From contig NIVC01000052.1 of assembly GCA_002269645.1 (NCBI GenBank), forward strand, positions 744,001 to 808,000: 64,000 bases of DNA. The letters run 5' to 3'. The first letter of the stretch is position 1, and every line of letters starts with the position of its first letter. The translations under genes were made by a program, and so were the position numbers. The notes beneath the pieces were generated by a model, which searched no databases, was not told the origin of the DNA, and worked only from the letters and a program-made list of their open reading frames with translations. Of this stretch, positions 49,643-61,596 are shown piece after piece. This DNA comes from Macrostomum lignano. Lineage: Eukaryota.

Positions 49643-50152
49643 ATGCCGGTTTCGTGCTGCGGATCCATTCGCTTGCTGGCCTCCGGGCTTCTGCTACTAA
49701 CCGTGGCAGCTACCGTCATGGCAGACGCCGCTCCCAGCGACTCCCATGCTGTTGAGCAACCCCACCATGAGCACCAAGACAGCAAGCGATTCTTCGGCGG
49801 CGACCGTTTCAAGAAGTTCTTTGGCGCCAACGACCGCTACAAGAAGTTCTTTGGCGCCAACGACCGCTACAAGAAGTTCTTTGGCGCCAACGACCGCTTC
49901 AAAAAGTTTCTAGAGAACAACGACCGTTACAAGAAGTTCTTCGAGAACAACGACCGTTACAAGAAGTTCTTCGAGAACAACGACCGCTTCAAGAAGTTCT
50001 TCGAGAACAACGACCGCTTCAAAAAGTTTCTTGAGAACAACGACCGTTACAAGAAGTTCTTCGAGAACAACGACCGTTACAAGAAGTTCTTCGAGAACAA
50101 CGACCGTTACAAGAAGTTCTTCAAGAACAACGACCGTTACAAACGCGCCTAA
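49643..50152 (+). CDS. Intronless neuropeptide precursor (169 aa) yielding 12 FF/FL-x-DRY/DRF peptides
   Basis: Signal peptide (RLLASGLLLLTVAATVMA), short His-rich spacer, then peptides separated by KK/KR; TATA upstream and AATAAA downstream. Confidence 0.9.
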   Translation: MPVSCCGSIRLLASGLLLLTVAATVMADAAPSDSHAVEQPHHEHQDSKRFFGGDRFKKFFGANDRYKKFFGANDRYKKFFGANDRFKKFLENNDRYKKFFENNDRYKKFFENNDRFKKFFENNDRFKKFLENNDRYKKFFENNDRYKKFFENNDRYKKFFKNNDRYKRA

Positions 50153-50293
50153 AATAATTTGGATTTGAAATGTGAATTGAAAGTGATCTAAATGCCACAG
50201 GCCCACAGTAGGTGCAAAATGATATATAACAGATAAGCATGACGATCCCCGTTGAGCATATAAGCTCGGAGTTAAATGCTGTGACAAACTTGC

Positions 50294-50329
50294 AATAAAC
50301 TAATTTTCAAGAACAGCTAGGCTAATAAA
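50294..50329 (+). terminator. Two polyadenylation signals AATAAA (50294, 50324)
   Basis: About 140-175 nt after the stop codon. Confidence 0.6.
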
Positions 50330-51210
50330 TCAGATTCTTTGTGTGCAGTTCCCTATTTTTATCGCATGCTTTACCGAGTTCGGACTGTAGTAAAACCGTT
50401 TTAGTTGGAAAAAATATATTTGATGTTTCTCACAGCTTTGAGATGAGTTTGTCCCGCACTAATCTTGCAAAATCAACGCAGCTTCGCGTACGTGTTAATA
50501 GTACGTACTGCCTGATCTCAGTTAAAGTGCAAAGACATAGGGCAAGAAAAAAAGAGCCGCCCCAACGATTATAACAATTCAAGTTCTGCATCAATTTTCT
50601 CAAGTTTAATTACACACTCTTAGCTTCTGGCCTGATGCGATCTGATTAGTTTCTCAAACCCCGCTTTCCTAGAAATGCCCGGTTCAGGAAAGGCTTGGAG
50701 CAGCGGCCGCTCTCCGAGCAGGAAGTCCAACGGATCAAAGCGGATTTCAATGAGTGATTGAAAGGAAGAAATCTGAGATTCGAGGATATTTCTCTAGCCG
50801 AGTCATATATGTCCAGCGTCCAGTGTTTGCCGTTTCGTAAGCTCAAAAGCAAAAAACAAATTTACTTATTGTTGCATCGAAGATAAAGCAGTCTGCGAGT
50901 TGAGCTGTACTATGAATTGAACTTCTGAATATCAATATATAGTTACTCTGTTCTTATGCATCGTGTGGAAAATTTATTGATTAACAGAATTCTTCACTTT
51001 CCAAAGTAGAAATTTCTGGATTAGCAATCATCAAATCATCAAACCGGTTTATCCAGATCCGGCTAGTCAATTTTTCTGTCAATTACCCACTACTGACGGG
51101 AGCAGAGCGCAGGTCGCGAGGCCCTATCGCAACATCAAGCAAAGAAACAGAGAGACGTTACCTGAAGGCTGCGCCCACCCCTCGCTAGCAGCAGAAGAGC
51201 TCGCGAGAGC

Positions 51211-52462
51211 ATGGCGTCTGTTAGTTTTGTGCAGTTGCTCAGCACATTGGCTGATGGTCATGACTACGGATTGAAAAACCGAGACATTCGCACCAAGATG
51301 GAGGCTCTCTGTTGCAGGATCGCCTCAACCTTATGGAAAATGGCTATATGAACTCGCCGTGCCCTCGCACAAGGATCCGTCAGTGAAGCAGTGAACGACC
51401 TGACTTCTCCAGTTCACGCCAACATCCAGTGGGGGTCTGCCTCACGGCGGGATGATGCACTTGAATACCTTCCTGACGATGAGCGAGGTGGGTTTACAGT
51501 CCACATGTAATTTCCGGTTTGTCCTGTTCCTGTTTATCCAGATCTGGTGTGCCCATTTCCGGTTTGCCCATTTCCAGTTTGTCCATTTTCGGTTTGTCCA
51601 TTTCTGGTTTGTCCATTTCCGGTTTGTCCATTTCCGGTTTGTCCATTTCCAGTTTGTCCGTTTTCGGCTTATCCAGATCCGTTTTGTCCGATTTCTTAGA
51701 GAACACGCTCAAATGTTTTTTGTTTATACTGGATGCCAATCGGGTGACTCTAAAGTCTGAACGCTCCATCAGGTTGGCTTGGTTGTTCCTGTGAAATCTG
51801 ATGAGATTAAGTTAGCACTGTATGGCAACTCAATTGCCAGACTAAAAACCCAGATTCAGTCGGACAATTCCAAGACACACATGATGCCGATTGATGCGCC
51901 ATCTCACAAGTATCAAATTCTTTCATCAATTCTTGGCAGTTTCAATCAGGCTACCAAGAAAATTACAAGACTTGGATTAGAATTTCAACTCAGCGAAATG
52001 GAAAAAATCTAGCATTCTTATTTGTTTCTTTCAAGAGACTCTCAAGTTGCTGCGCTCGCAGCGATTGCCTTAAAAATAATTCGTCTCAGATAAACAAAAA
52101 TTATCAGCTTTAAAGAAATGAACTCGATAGGCTTGCTGAGTTGCTTCTCAAATGATACTAGGAGAATAAAGGTACATTTTGCTGATCGTACAGGTGCTGC
52201 ATTTCTCAGTGAAAGGCCAAAAAGATGTCTCAGTGATTATGAGGTAGCTCGTATTTGTGGTCAAAGGGTATTGGGTACAGCTTTTGTCAGACAAATTAGA
52301 AATCAGACATCCAACGTTGAAATCCTATATGATAAAGGTGTGGGTTGGGCCATAGACAACGAGCACATTTCTGATAAATATTATCTATGGTCAACGTCTG
52401 TTTTTGATTCGCTGATGGGTAGAGAGTTGAGCCATAGACGAAAGTTCATGAGGGGAAAGTGA
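51211..52462 (+). pseudogene. Decayed coding-like region of unknown family, split by stops and a 15-bp repeat array
   Basis: Frame 51211-51510 has one internal TGA. Frame 51779-52462 stays in register through two stops (track ORFs 51779 and 52118 are in the same frame). Confidence 0.4.
51515..51690. repeat. 15-bp repeat array (ATTTCCGGTTTGTCC), similar to subterminal repeats of DNA transposons
   Basis: About 10 units; related TTTATCCAGATCCGG at ~51048. Confidence 0.75.
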
Positions 52463-53269
52463 GAGATAAATACTTGTTTACTTTAATCCGGGGAGGGAAA
52501 ATACAGAGTTTTGCCAAGTCTAGAAACTGTTGAACCTAAGTAATCCGCCTGACCAAACTGATCTCCGGCTTATTAACAGAAGAGCTGATTGGGTTATTTC
52601 TGAACCAGCAAGCCGTTATCTGGAAGGGCTAAGCAGCTGTTTTACTCGAAGACTTTGAAGGAAGAAATGCCGGACAAAAATGAATGAGCTGAGGCCTGAG
52701 ACAGCTTGAACAAGAAGAATTTTTCAAGTCTTCTGCAAAGCAGATGGACAGGGCTGCGACTTGGTTTCAATCGACTTCAATGGAAAATTCCAATGGAACG
52801 TTTCAAAACTGCACGTTCAATTTATCCAGTATATGTAAACAGTAGTTATTTAGATTGAGACTAACAGTTAAAATAAACTTCGATCCAAATTGACCATTTG
52901 TTCTGTTATACTAGCACGCCAATGTACTCAGCCGTTTGCTTCTATCAAATTGTTCACGTTTTTTTACAAAATACCTTCCTTCATCAAGATTATTGTCAGC
53001 AGCTTGAAAAAGTTAGTAACAATAGAGAAAATCGACTGTGATCGTCTGCGGCAGCAACAGAAACGCGGTTTCACTGCGTGTTGCGTTCCCGGATGTAACA
53101 GCACCGTATACAGCAGCCGAATCTAGAGGGGCCAACAGATTACACTGTAAAATGAACTCGTTTCCGCATTTCAAGAACAAATTTTCTTGAATGCAACCAA
53201 TCTGATGCAGTTTCACAACCACGCCGAGATCCGCTCTGAACCTGGGCACTTCGAAAATGTTCATGTCCA

Positions 53270-53795
53270 GACAGTCGACACCAAATACCTGGAAGCCGTG
53301 AATTGGTCTGGCTGCGGAATACTGTCAGATTGACTTAACGACAATTATTTGTAGGACATGGAAAAACATTGTTTTGCTAGCAAAAGTTATACTACGTATT
53401 ATAGCATTGCACAGTCAATTTGTCTGGGTTCTATGGCCAAAGTTGTTTATCTGTCCAATCGGTTTGATCCTACAAGCAGTCAATTTCGCACAAGCCATTT
53501 GAATTGTTGGAACATCAGTGCAAGCAAGCTTGTGCCAGCTTCAACTCCTGAGATGCTGTAGCTCTTGCTGCATCTGCCGATAGGCCAGCAAAGAGTTCTC
53601 TTCAAGAAGAGGAAGCAACGCTTGCACGTCTTCATCCTACAACTTCTTGTGACGTCTGCCGCCTTTTGGTGCAAGATCTCGGCGTCAAGTTGTCTCGTAC
53701 CGTCTTCTGACTAAGTAGACTGTCCGGATCTTCACATTCAGCCACTGAACCATTTCCCACGTTCCAAGTGCCCGTATGACCAAGAAGTACTTGTC
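53270..53795 (-). mobile_element. Decayed Tc1/IS630-like transposase relic
   Basis: Minus frame EMVQWLNVKIRTVYLVRRRYETT*RRDLAPKGGRRHKKL*DEDVQALLPLLEENSLLAYRQMQQEL is an HTH-linker-HTH pattern; resembles 63590-64000. Confidence 0.6.
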
Positions 53796-54293
53796 GTCGC
53801 AGAATCCGAGTGAAAAATTTTTTAGTAGTCCTTGGTGTGAATCCGAGTAGGATTAATTTGACTGCTCTCTGGATAAAATTTGACTGGAAAATGCTACTTA
53901 TGTATAATATCGCTTTTGTAAATCAAATTAAGATTTAAGGAATTCAATTTAAGAAAGAACTATCGTATTCTGGCTGCATAAAAAGTCTTGGCCATAGACA
54001 AAATTCTGCGCGTTAGAGAAGTCAAATTAAGGATTTAAAAAATCAATTCAAGGGAGCCATCGAATAGCTGAGGCCATAAAATTCTTCCTTCTTCTAAACT
54101 TCTTAACTTGATTCACGAAAGCGATATGTTTCCTAAGTACGAGCTAACTTTGCTTTTAAGAACACGTACCATAGACGAACTGCATAGGCGCTATGTATAA
54201 ATTGGGCTTTTTTGGATATTATAGTAGAAAAGCATTTATTATTGCAACACATTAGTTCATTTCTGTGATCGGATCAGCAGCCCCCTGCCAACT

Positions 54294-54401
54294 ATGGGTA
54301 AAACACTCATCTTAAGAAAAGTTGAAGAAGGAAATTGGGAAACTCATTTGCTTAAAGAAAACAAACAGAAAAAGGAGCTAACTCTTCGAATCTCGGTCCT
54401 T
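54294..54401 (+). CDS. Membrane-protein gene exon 1 (MGKTLILRKVEEGNWETHLLKENKQKKELTLRISVL)
   Basis: ATG-started 108-nt open frame ending at CTT|GTAAGT in phase 0. Confidence 0.55.
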
Positions 54402-54653
54402 GTAAGTACACTGGCACCGGTGTTTTGCATTATTATGGGGATACACATAATAAATGAACATTGAACAACTACCATGGTACACCTTTCCACGTCATGAAAG
54501 AATGAACAATCTCTTAATGCGTGTTGTACGAGGCCACACTAATTCTAGACAAGCATCTAGAGAAGCGTTCAAGAAGCAGCCTGTACCGGAGGCCACAAAG
54601 TACTAGAAAAGTCGTAGCAACCAACTGCCGTCTTTAACGCTCACAATTTGCAG

Positions 54654-54970
54654 GCATACAAGGCTTTCCTCGTGCTGCTATCTCTAGCGGGCCTCGCCGT
54701 GTACGCGGCAACGGTCGGCGCCATCTCCTGCCGCATGCTAGACATCATGATTCGCCGCGAGAACTGTCACGTGACTTCAAAGCCGTTCGCCAGCCTGTGG
54801 CGGGCGTCGATTTACGCGATGCTGGCCTTGAATGGAGCAGCCGCGGCCGTCTTTGTTCAGTGCCTGATGCTGACTTTCAGGCTGGGTGAAACTCGATCGG
54901 CCTGGCCGGGAGAAAAATTCCGCCAAAAGCTGAACATTTTCAGCGTCAATGAAATCGAGCGGTGCCATGT
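54654..54970 (+). CDS. Membrane-protein gene exon 2 (two predicted TM helices)
   Basis: TTTGCAG acceptor in phase 0, GT|GTAAGT donor in phase 2; hydrophobic segments AFLVLLSLAGLAVYAATVGAI and ASIYAMLALNGAAAAVFVQCLML. Confidence 0.75.
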
Positions 54971-55523
54971 GTAAGTTTCATTTGTGTAGATCGAACTATA
55001 GCTCAACGATTCGTGTCACACTGAAGCAGAATTTCTTGAATTGTCAACAAAATTTGAGACCGTCGAGAAATCCCAGCCATTTCTTCGGGAAGTGATAGGA
55101 TTTGCTCACTTTAACGAGCCTTTCGGATGCATTAAATTATCGGGCAGGATTCCTCACTTATGATGAAAATCAATGAATCTTCGTCTACCTCCGTGAACGC
55201 CCCCTTTTTCTAGGGCTGTCTCCATTTTTAAGCGCTCAAGTTCACTATAACAACGTGTAGAGTCGAAAGACCGTTGTTCAAACTCTTCACTAGAATATTT
55301 CGCCTTTATACAGCCATCTATATATATAAGTAATGTAAAGACTTCTTAACTAAAATAAAGCGCGAATTTTGCAGAATTTTATGCATTCTCAAGGATCACA
55401 GTATGTGTCATCAGTTTTTTGAACCTCAGTGTTATGACCCAGGTGGCATCAAGAGCAACAGTAATTCTGTTTAAAATTCTGTCTTAACCAGACTCTTGAA
55501 TTGCATGCATATTGTCACAGCTC

Positions 55524-55822
55524 TAAGGATGATGAAGTGTAAGGATGATGAAGTGTAAGAATGATGAAGTGTAAGGATGATGAAGTGTAAGGATGATGAA
55601 GTGTAAGGATGATGAAGTGTAAGGATGATGAAGTGTAAGGATGATGAAGTGTAAGGATGATGAAGTGTAAGGATGATGAAGTGTAAGGATGATGAAGTGT
55701 AAGGATGATGAAGTGTAAGGATGATGAAGTGTAAGGATGATGAAGTGTAAGGATGATGAAGTGTAAGGATAATGAAGTGTAAGGATGATGAAGTGTAAGG
55801 ATGATAAGTGTAAGGATGATGA
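55524..55822. repeat. 16-bp minisatellite (AAGTGTAAGGATGATG) in intron 2 of the membrane-protein gene
   Basis: Direct observation. Confidence 0.95.
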
Positions 55823-55921
55823 AGAATGATGGAGCACCTTCGTTACCAGAGACAATTTTAATTCAACAAAATTTGCACAGGTTTAATAAGCGACCGGCCA
55901 TTGCTCTCCATTGAATTGCAG

Positions 55922-56237
55922 ACACCAAGCAGACTTTGTACAAAAACTGACGTACCGGACTCGCTGCTGCGACGATGTCATAATTCGAACTCGATTCCCG
56001 GCTCAGCGGCCTTACTCCGAAACGATTCGGGGTTCGCAGACGCTCGACAGTGTGCAGTACGCGCCGAGGATGTCCGAGTCGCGACAGAGCACTCAGCTGG
56101 AACTGCGCAACCGGCGGAAAAGCAGCCGTCGTCAATCGCAGTCGGAGGAGGCGGCACAGCAGATTCCGATGGTAGTTACTCAGGGCAGCGTGCAGATCGA
56201 CGAATCCGGTCTAAGAAAAAACTTCTATGGCCGCTGA
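55922..56237 (+). CDS. Membrane-protein gene exon 3 (cytoplasmic tail, ends ...RKNFYGR*)
   Basis: TTGCAG acceptor in phase 2, joining exon 2 in frame (…ERCHV-HQADF…); total about 246 aa. Confidence 0.7.
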
Positions 56238-58427
56238 GCGTGATGATGCGACCATTTCGCTCCGATATGTAGATGGCCTTCGATGTATTCATAGTGACTA
56301 AACGAAGACACCAGCGTTACAGCTTTGATGATTCGGCGGGTCATTCTCGATTTTTGCATCGGCGATACACCATCCTACAGATTAATCAAGGAGCCGTATC
56401 TATCACGGAAAAAAATTCTTCGAGTGCCTCTCTGACTCTGACAAGGCATGGCTTAATGTTGATGTTGAGCTTCTCGGTCCAGCGCTGTACAATCGATGAC
56501 AGCAATCATGCATGCGTTGCATCGTGTGCTCCTGTTGTTACTTTCTCATAACTTTTTAGTTACATTGTACAATGTACAAAATTACCACATGATGAGTACG
56601 CTTGCACTCGTAAACGATACTTTACTGAAAAGTAACTAATGCATTTATTAAATATATACGAGCGTACAATATAATATGATCGAATCGTCAAGTGTGAGTG
56701 CAAATTCACCTGGTTGGATTTGTACCACACTATATACACGATAATTTTGACCACTCACTACCGTTGGTATAGCTTCCCGACAGTCCTCAGTGCATGCCGT
56801 CGGTGATTCAGAAATGTGCGAAGGTTGCCGCCGCCAGACGTCAACGCAAAGTAAGGCATAAAGGAACTGAAGGGGGAATTCGCACATTTAACAAGCAGTC
56901 AAAGTCTCTCCAGACAGATGCGATCGACGGGCGGTTCTGAATGCCTGGCAGCAGCTGCCTAAGAGCTCATCAACCGGCTGGTGATCAAGATGCCACGATG
57001 AGTGACGGCACATTTGCATGCTCAGAAGTGAAGGTCAGTAACAAACGAAGTCAGAGCTGATGCAGACAAGTGATCGACGTGCTGATGAAATTTGGAGGCT
57101 TGGCAAGGTTGCACTGAGGCGTAGTGCTGATTGGCGCACAGGGGTGTACTGAATACACTGGCGCTTATGGGAAAATCCGACCTTCTGGCAGAAGCGTCGA
57201 ATATCTCGACGGTCCGGAGGCGCCACCACCTCTTCCTGAGTTGGTCCTGGTCCTGGAGCCGGGCGCGGCGCCATGACAGACGGCGGGCTGGCGACTTGAT
57301 TCTGGTTTGAGAAGGCGCGCAACAAAAGTTAGCCCGTGTTCTTGAATTTCGTGTGCCTGCGTTGCTCCATTTCAGCGCAGCAAAAAATTTCGGGGTGTCC
57401 AAGTCCAAGCAATACGCGTTGCCGTGGTTTGTTTGAAAGCATTCTGCGCATGTGCAAGCAAAATGAAAGGCTTCTCTGAAGACAATAACGTTAATCAGTA
57501 AGACGGAGTTTCAAGAAAGAACTCAAGTATTTACCTAATCAAGAGCTGCATTCGTGTAATTATACATTAGCTCCTTCTGACAAAGTAAAGTGAATCCATT
57601 CTCTCTTAACAGTCGAAATTGCCGCGGCCTCGATAATTGCGTTGTATGTGTGCCTTGAGCGCCGCAACTCGGATGAAGTTGCCCCGATTGCACTACCTTA
57701 CCTTTAAGCTAATTGTAAACAGCTCTAGGTGCCACCTAGGGCTTTTATTAAACCTAATTTGCACTGACGACACTGACGCACAAAAAACTTATGCTACGAG
57801 ACTTTGGTGCGCTTGACAACAAAAATACTTTTGACATTCAATAAGCAAGTTGTCTAAACGTTTTCAAATAGTTTTATATAACCCATGGCCGTGATGATAA
57901 ATCTTTTTAGTTTTACCATTCAACAGAGCGGATGTGCAAGGAGTTTTGGCTAAAATTTCAGCACGTTTTGGACATCTGTTTTTTATGGATTATAGTCGTC
58001 CTAAATAGATTTTCTCAGCCTAGCTTGTTATTGGCATAACTATATAAGAGTGCACTAAACGATATGTATACAAAACCAATCTACCTGTAATATATTTAGA
58101 GAACAAGAAAACAACAGCTTTTTCCTACTAAATGAGACAATGGCATTTAAAATTGAAAACACACGAAAGAATGATAGACTTGGGTTTCATACAGAATGCA
58201 AATTTTCGTCTATGGTCTGTGGTCAATTAAGGAACTGGAGACTCCACCAGACAAATTCTTTTTTATTAGAGGCAGGGGGTTGTGTGCACCCTGGCGCACT
58301 TTAAGCGACATAGGCACACAACCGGCGAGAGGCATTACTGCCCATTCCGCCGACTCCCCTGAGCAGGCATACAAGCGCGCGGATACGTACGCAGGCACAC
58401 TCACACAGGAGTGTACAGCGGCCCTAA

Positions 58428-58615
58428 CTTTATATTATCGTTAGGCATGTACACTTCACTGCGCCTTGGGGGGTTGGCTCTCAAGGCCGTTAATTGCACG
58501 AGCAGAGCCAAGCCGAGATTCCAATTCAGCCCCAAATTAATGTGACTGCACTTGGAATCGAGCCTGGGTCGCTGGCACACCAGAGCAGCTGCGCTACCGC
58601 TGGGCTACGGCCCCC
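58428..58615 (-). mobile_element. tRNA-derived SINE family B with an intact-looking tRNA head
   Basis: Minus strand GGGGGCCGTAGCCCAGCGGTAGCGC...CCCAGGCTCGATTCC, with A-box TAGCCCAGCGG and B-box GGCTCGATTCC; body shared with 34603-34732. Confidence 0.7.
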
Positions 58616-61596
58616 CTTCCACCAGACGAAACCAATCTACAAGACTCCATGGTACTGCAGAGGATCGCGGAGTCAGGTGTGGATGCCATCACGGTTGCAG
58701 CCAAGAGTGCAGCCTGTTTTGCTCACAAAGCTGTGCTTCCTGACCCGCTGCTTGGCCCGTGAAAAGCACACATATTTAGTGACAGTTGCAGCTTTGACAA
58801 TTGTTCACCGCGTGCGTCACAAAATGCCATAGTTGTTTTATCACCTCGCTTTCTGCATTGCAAAATACACCATTTTGTCTAATGGTTAGGACTTTAAAGT
58901 GTGAATTTAACTGCTCGATAACTTAAATTCAGTTCTCTTCCCAAAAGACAATCGTCGAACCAAGTGTTGAATACGACGTTTTACGAGCGTAATGGTTGGA
59001 CGTGTCTTAAATTGAATTCTCGATTCGAAATTTTTAATGCTATAGTTACGGGTTTACAGGGAATTTTGTTAAATTTTATATATGGAAAACTTGTTGATCA
59101 ACATCAACTATAAAAGCACACTCCGGTACTCTCGTATCCATTTTGCAGCGAAAAAAATTGGTCTCGTCTCCATTGATTAGTAGCTTGAATTAGGCCGGAT
59201 TCGCAAGAGTGCAGCGCCATTCTACTATCAATTTTCAGACGTAGACATGCAGACGTAGGCTTTAATAGTTAAATTTAGACACTTATTGTTTGCAATATCA
59301 GCATTGCACAGATGGGACAATGGCCGGGGAAATATATTTTTCAATTCCAAACGATGAAGCTACGTGAAGCTGGCTGTTGCATCGCATCACCTGCCATAAT
59401 CAACCATCAGCAAGAAAAGGGAAGGACAGTAAACGTAAATGCTGAATTGCAGCAGCATTCAAATGAATAAATAAACACATTGCATGGCGCGCATACGGGG
59501 GCTGCTCATTATTCCTTCATTGCCGCTTTCGCTAATAAAATTTCTGTTATACAAGAGCATTTGAAGTAGAGAAACCGCTGAAATCCAAGAGGAAGACAAG
59601 GAGAAGAATGGCGGAGAAATTGCACCAGAAGTGTCCATTGGCTTCCTCCGCGAAAAGCTTAAAGAGACGACAAAAAGCGACTGGGAATGAAAATCCAAAG
59701 AAATGAATAAATTATCCCCCCGCACTGAATGAGCTGTCGCTTCAAAGAGCAGAAGTGGAACAGAAGTTGGCCGAAACGAAAAGCTTCTGCGTCGCAAAAT
59801 GAAGCGATGCATTTTAAATTTTTTTATACAAGAATAGTTAGCAAATTTTCACACTATAGACACAATGACAACTGGACACCATACTTGCAACTGCACCACG
59901 AAGCAATGCGAAATTAATTTAAAAAATTATCGAAACAAAAATGCGAACAGGTCGATAGATTTAATTTTTGGGTTGCCAATTTGTATTGTATATTTTGTCG
60001 AATAGCTTAACTCGAATAGCTAAATAATAGCAAACAATTAATGGAAGCAAAGGGCGGGAACTGCTTCTCAGATACAACACACACAAACAAAAATCATTGT
60101 CCGACATAATTTATCTACTTGTAGTAGCAAGCAAAAAATTTATGTTTAAAACACATTGATAAAAATGGATAGATGGATGAAATCAGATAAAATTGAAGAA
60201 AACTGCAATTAGTTGCAATTAGCAACATTACTCTGGTCGACTTTTACCCTGATTTACCACAATATAGTGGTAGAGAATGACCAAAAGGAACAGGGACACA
60301 CTCAACAGGTTAGCAAAGATTGCCAGTTGTATGTCCGTGATCATGCTGCAGGGGTCTGCATGAATTGAAAAAAATTAAAGAAATTAACCTAAATATGAAA
60401 TACAAATTTTTTATTGGCAGATCAGTTTAGTCAAACAGGCCAAGGGCCAAAAATCAAAGCTCTTCTCTTAAGTCACTTCCACAGATACTAAAATAACTAG
60501 ATGGGCCACTTGGAACATATACTTAGTAAAACAGTTTTCTACTTACAGTTCAGTAGCAAAGAAGAATACATAAGCTATTTTATAAAAATAAAGGCAGCTA
60601 AAATGACTTTGATAAAATTAGAAGCCCACAAGCAGGCGTAAACAACTTGCTAATTGGTTCAGCAAAAATGTACATTAGTCAGCCACTTAAATGTACATGG
60701 CAGCATTAAACTGGAATTCCAAGAAAGGCAATAAAAATTGGGGTGGGGCAGGGGTATAGCGTGGAAAGGCGCGGTTGGGGGGTTTAAGCTTGGGGGGTAA
60801 GAGCCAATAAATGAGCCTTGTCTTGTAAAATACATTAAAATGCTTCAGTTTAACTTACTTACTACTGAACTGAAAGTAGTTTGCATGAAAATATGCCCAT
60901 CTAGTTATTCCGTATCTGTGGTCACTTCTAAGCTAGTGTAGCAACTCATGTACTCTGTTGATGGTGTCTTGTTAAGGGTGTGTGTTACAGTTCACAGAAA
61001 TATAGAATTCAGAAAAAAAATTAGAAATGTACAGAAATATATCTTCTATGCTTCTTTCTAGGCATGTAAACTCTATGCTTTGAGGGGGTTGGCTTTCATA
61101 AGTGTGAATCACATAACCTTGGAAAATTTTGTTAAACAAGCCCCAAATGAATGTGGCCACACATTAAATCAAACCAAGGACTGTAGTGCAAGAGTCAGAT
61201 GCTAAGCTGCTCTGCCACCCAGCAGTAAATTTATATATACTTAGCTAGTTTAAGTAGCTATTCAGTTTGCTATGAGTGTCGATCTAGCCTAGGCAATGTT
61301 TCACTTACCCACTCTACTCTAGTTTGATAATTTGACTACAAATAAATATCTTTTTGAAAAGGAATGTTTATCTTTATCTTTATCTAGAATGGTTTATCTT
61401 ATTATTTATTGTCTTGCTTAAGCCTCAGCTCTATACAGTTTGATAGACAATTGGTCTCTTTATTTTCTATAGTACATTTTTGGTAGCAAAGTGTGGTTGG
61501 ACAAAGTCTAATTTATCACTGATGTGGCAAACAACATAGGCATACAGTGAAATGGAGTAGGATAGATAATGACAATACCAATTAGGGGAGCACGAG

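Noticed and set aside
51349-51351. In-frame TGA as possible selenocysteine
   Set aside because: No redox-motif context and no SECIS recognised; neighbouring frames also carry TAG/TAA stops, so decay is the simpler explanation.
53070-53105. THAP-like CCVPGCNS motif on the + strand
   Set aside because: It is followed at once by a stop, lacks the downstream THAP residues, and lies on the opposite strand just beyond the Tc1 relic.
56640-57408. Minus-strand ORFs at 56648-57408
   Set aside because: Coding-like composition but no recognisable domain or consistent splice model.
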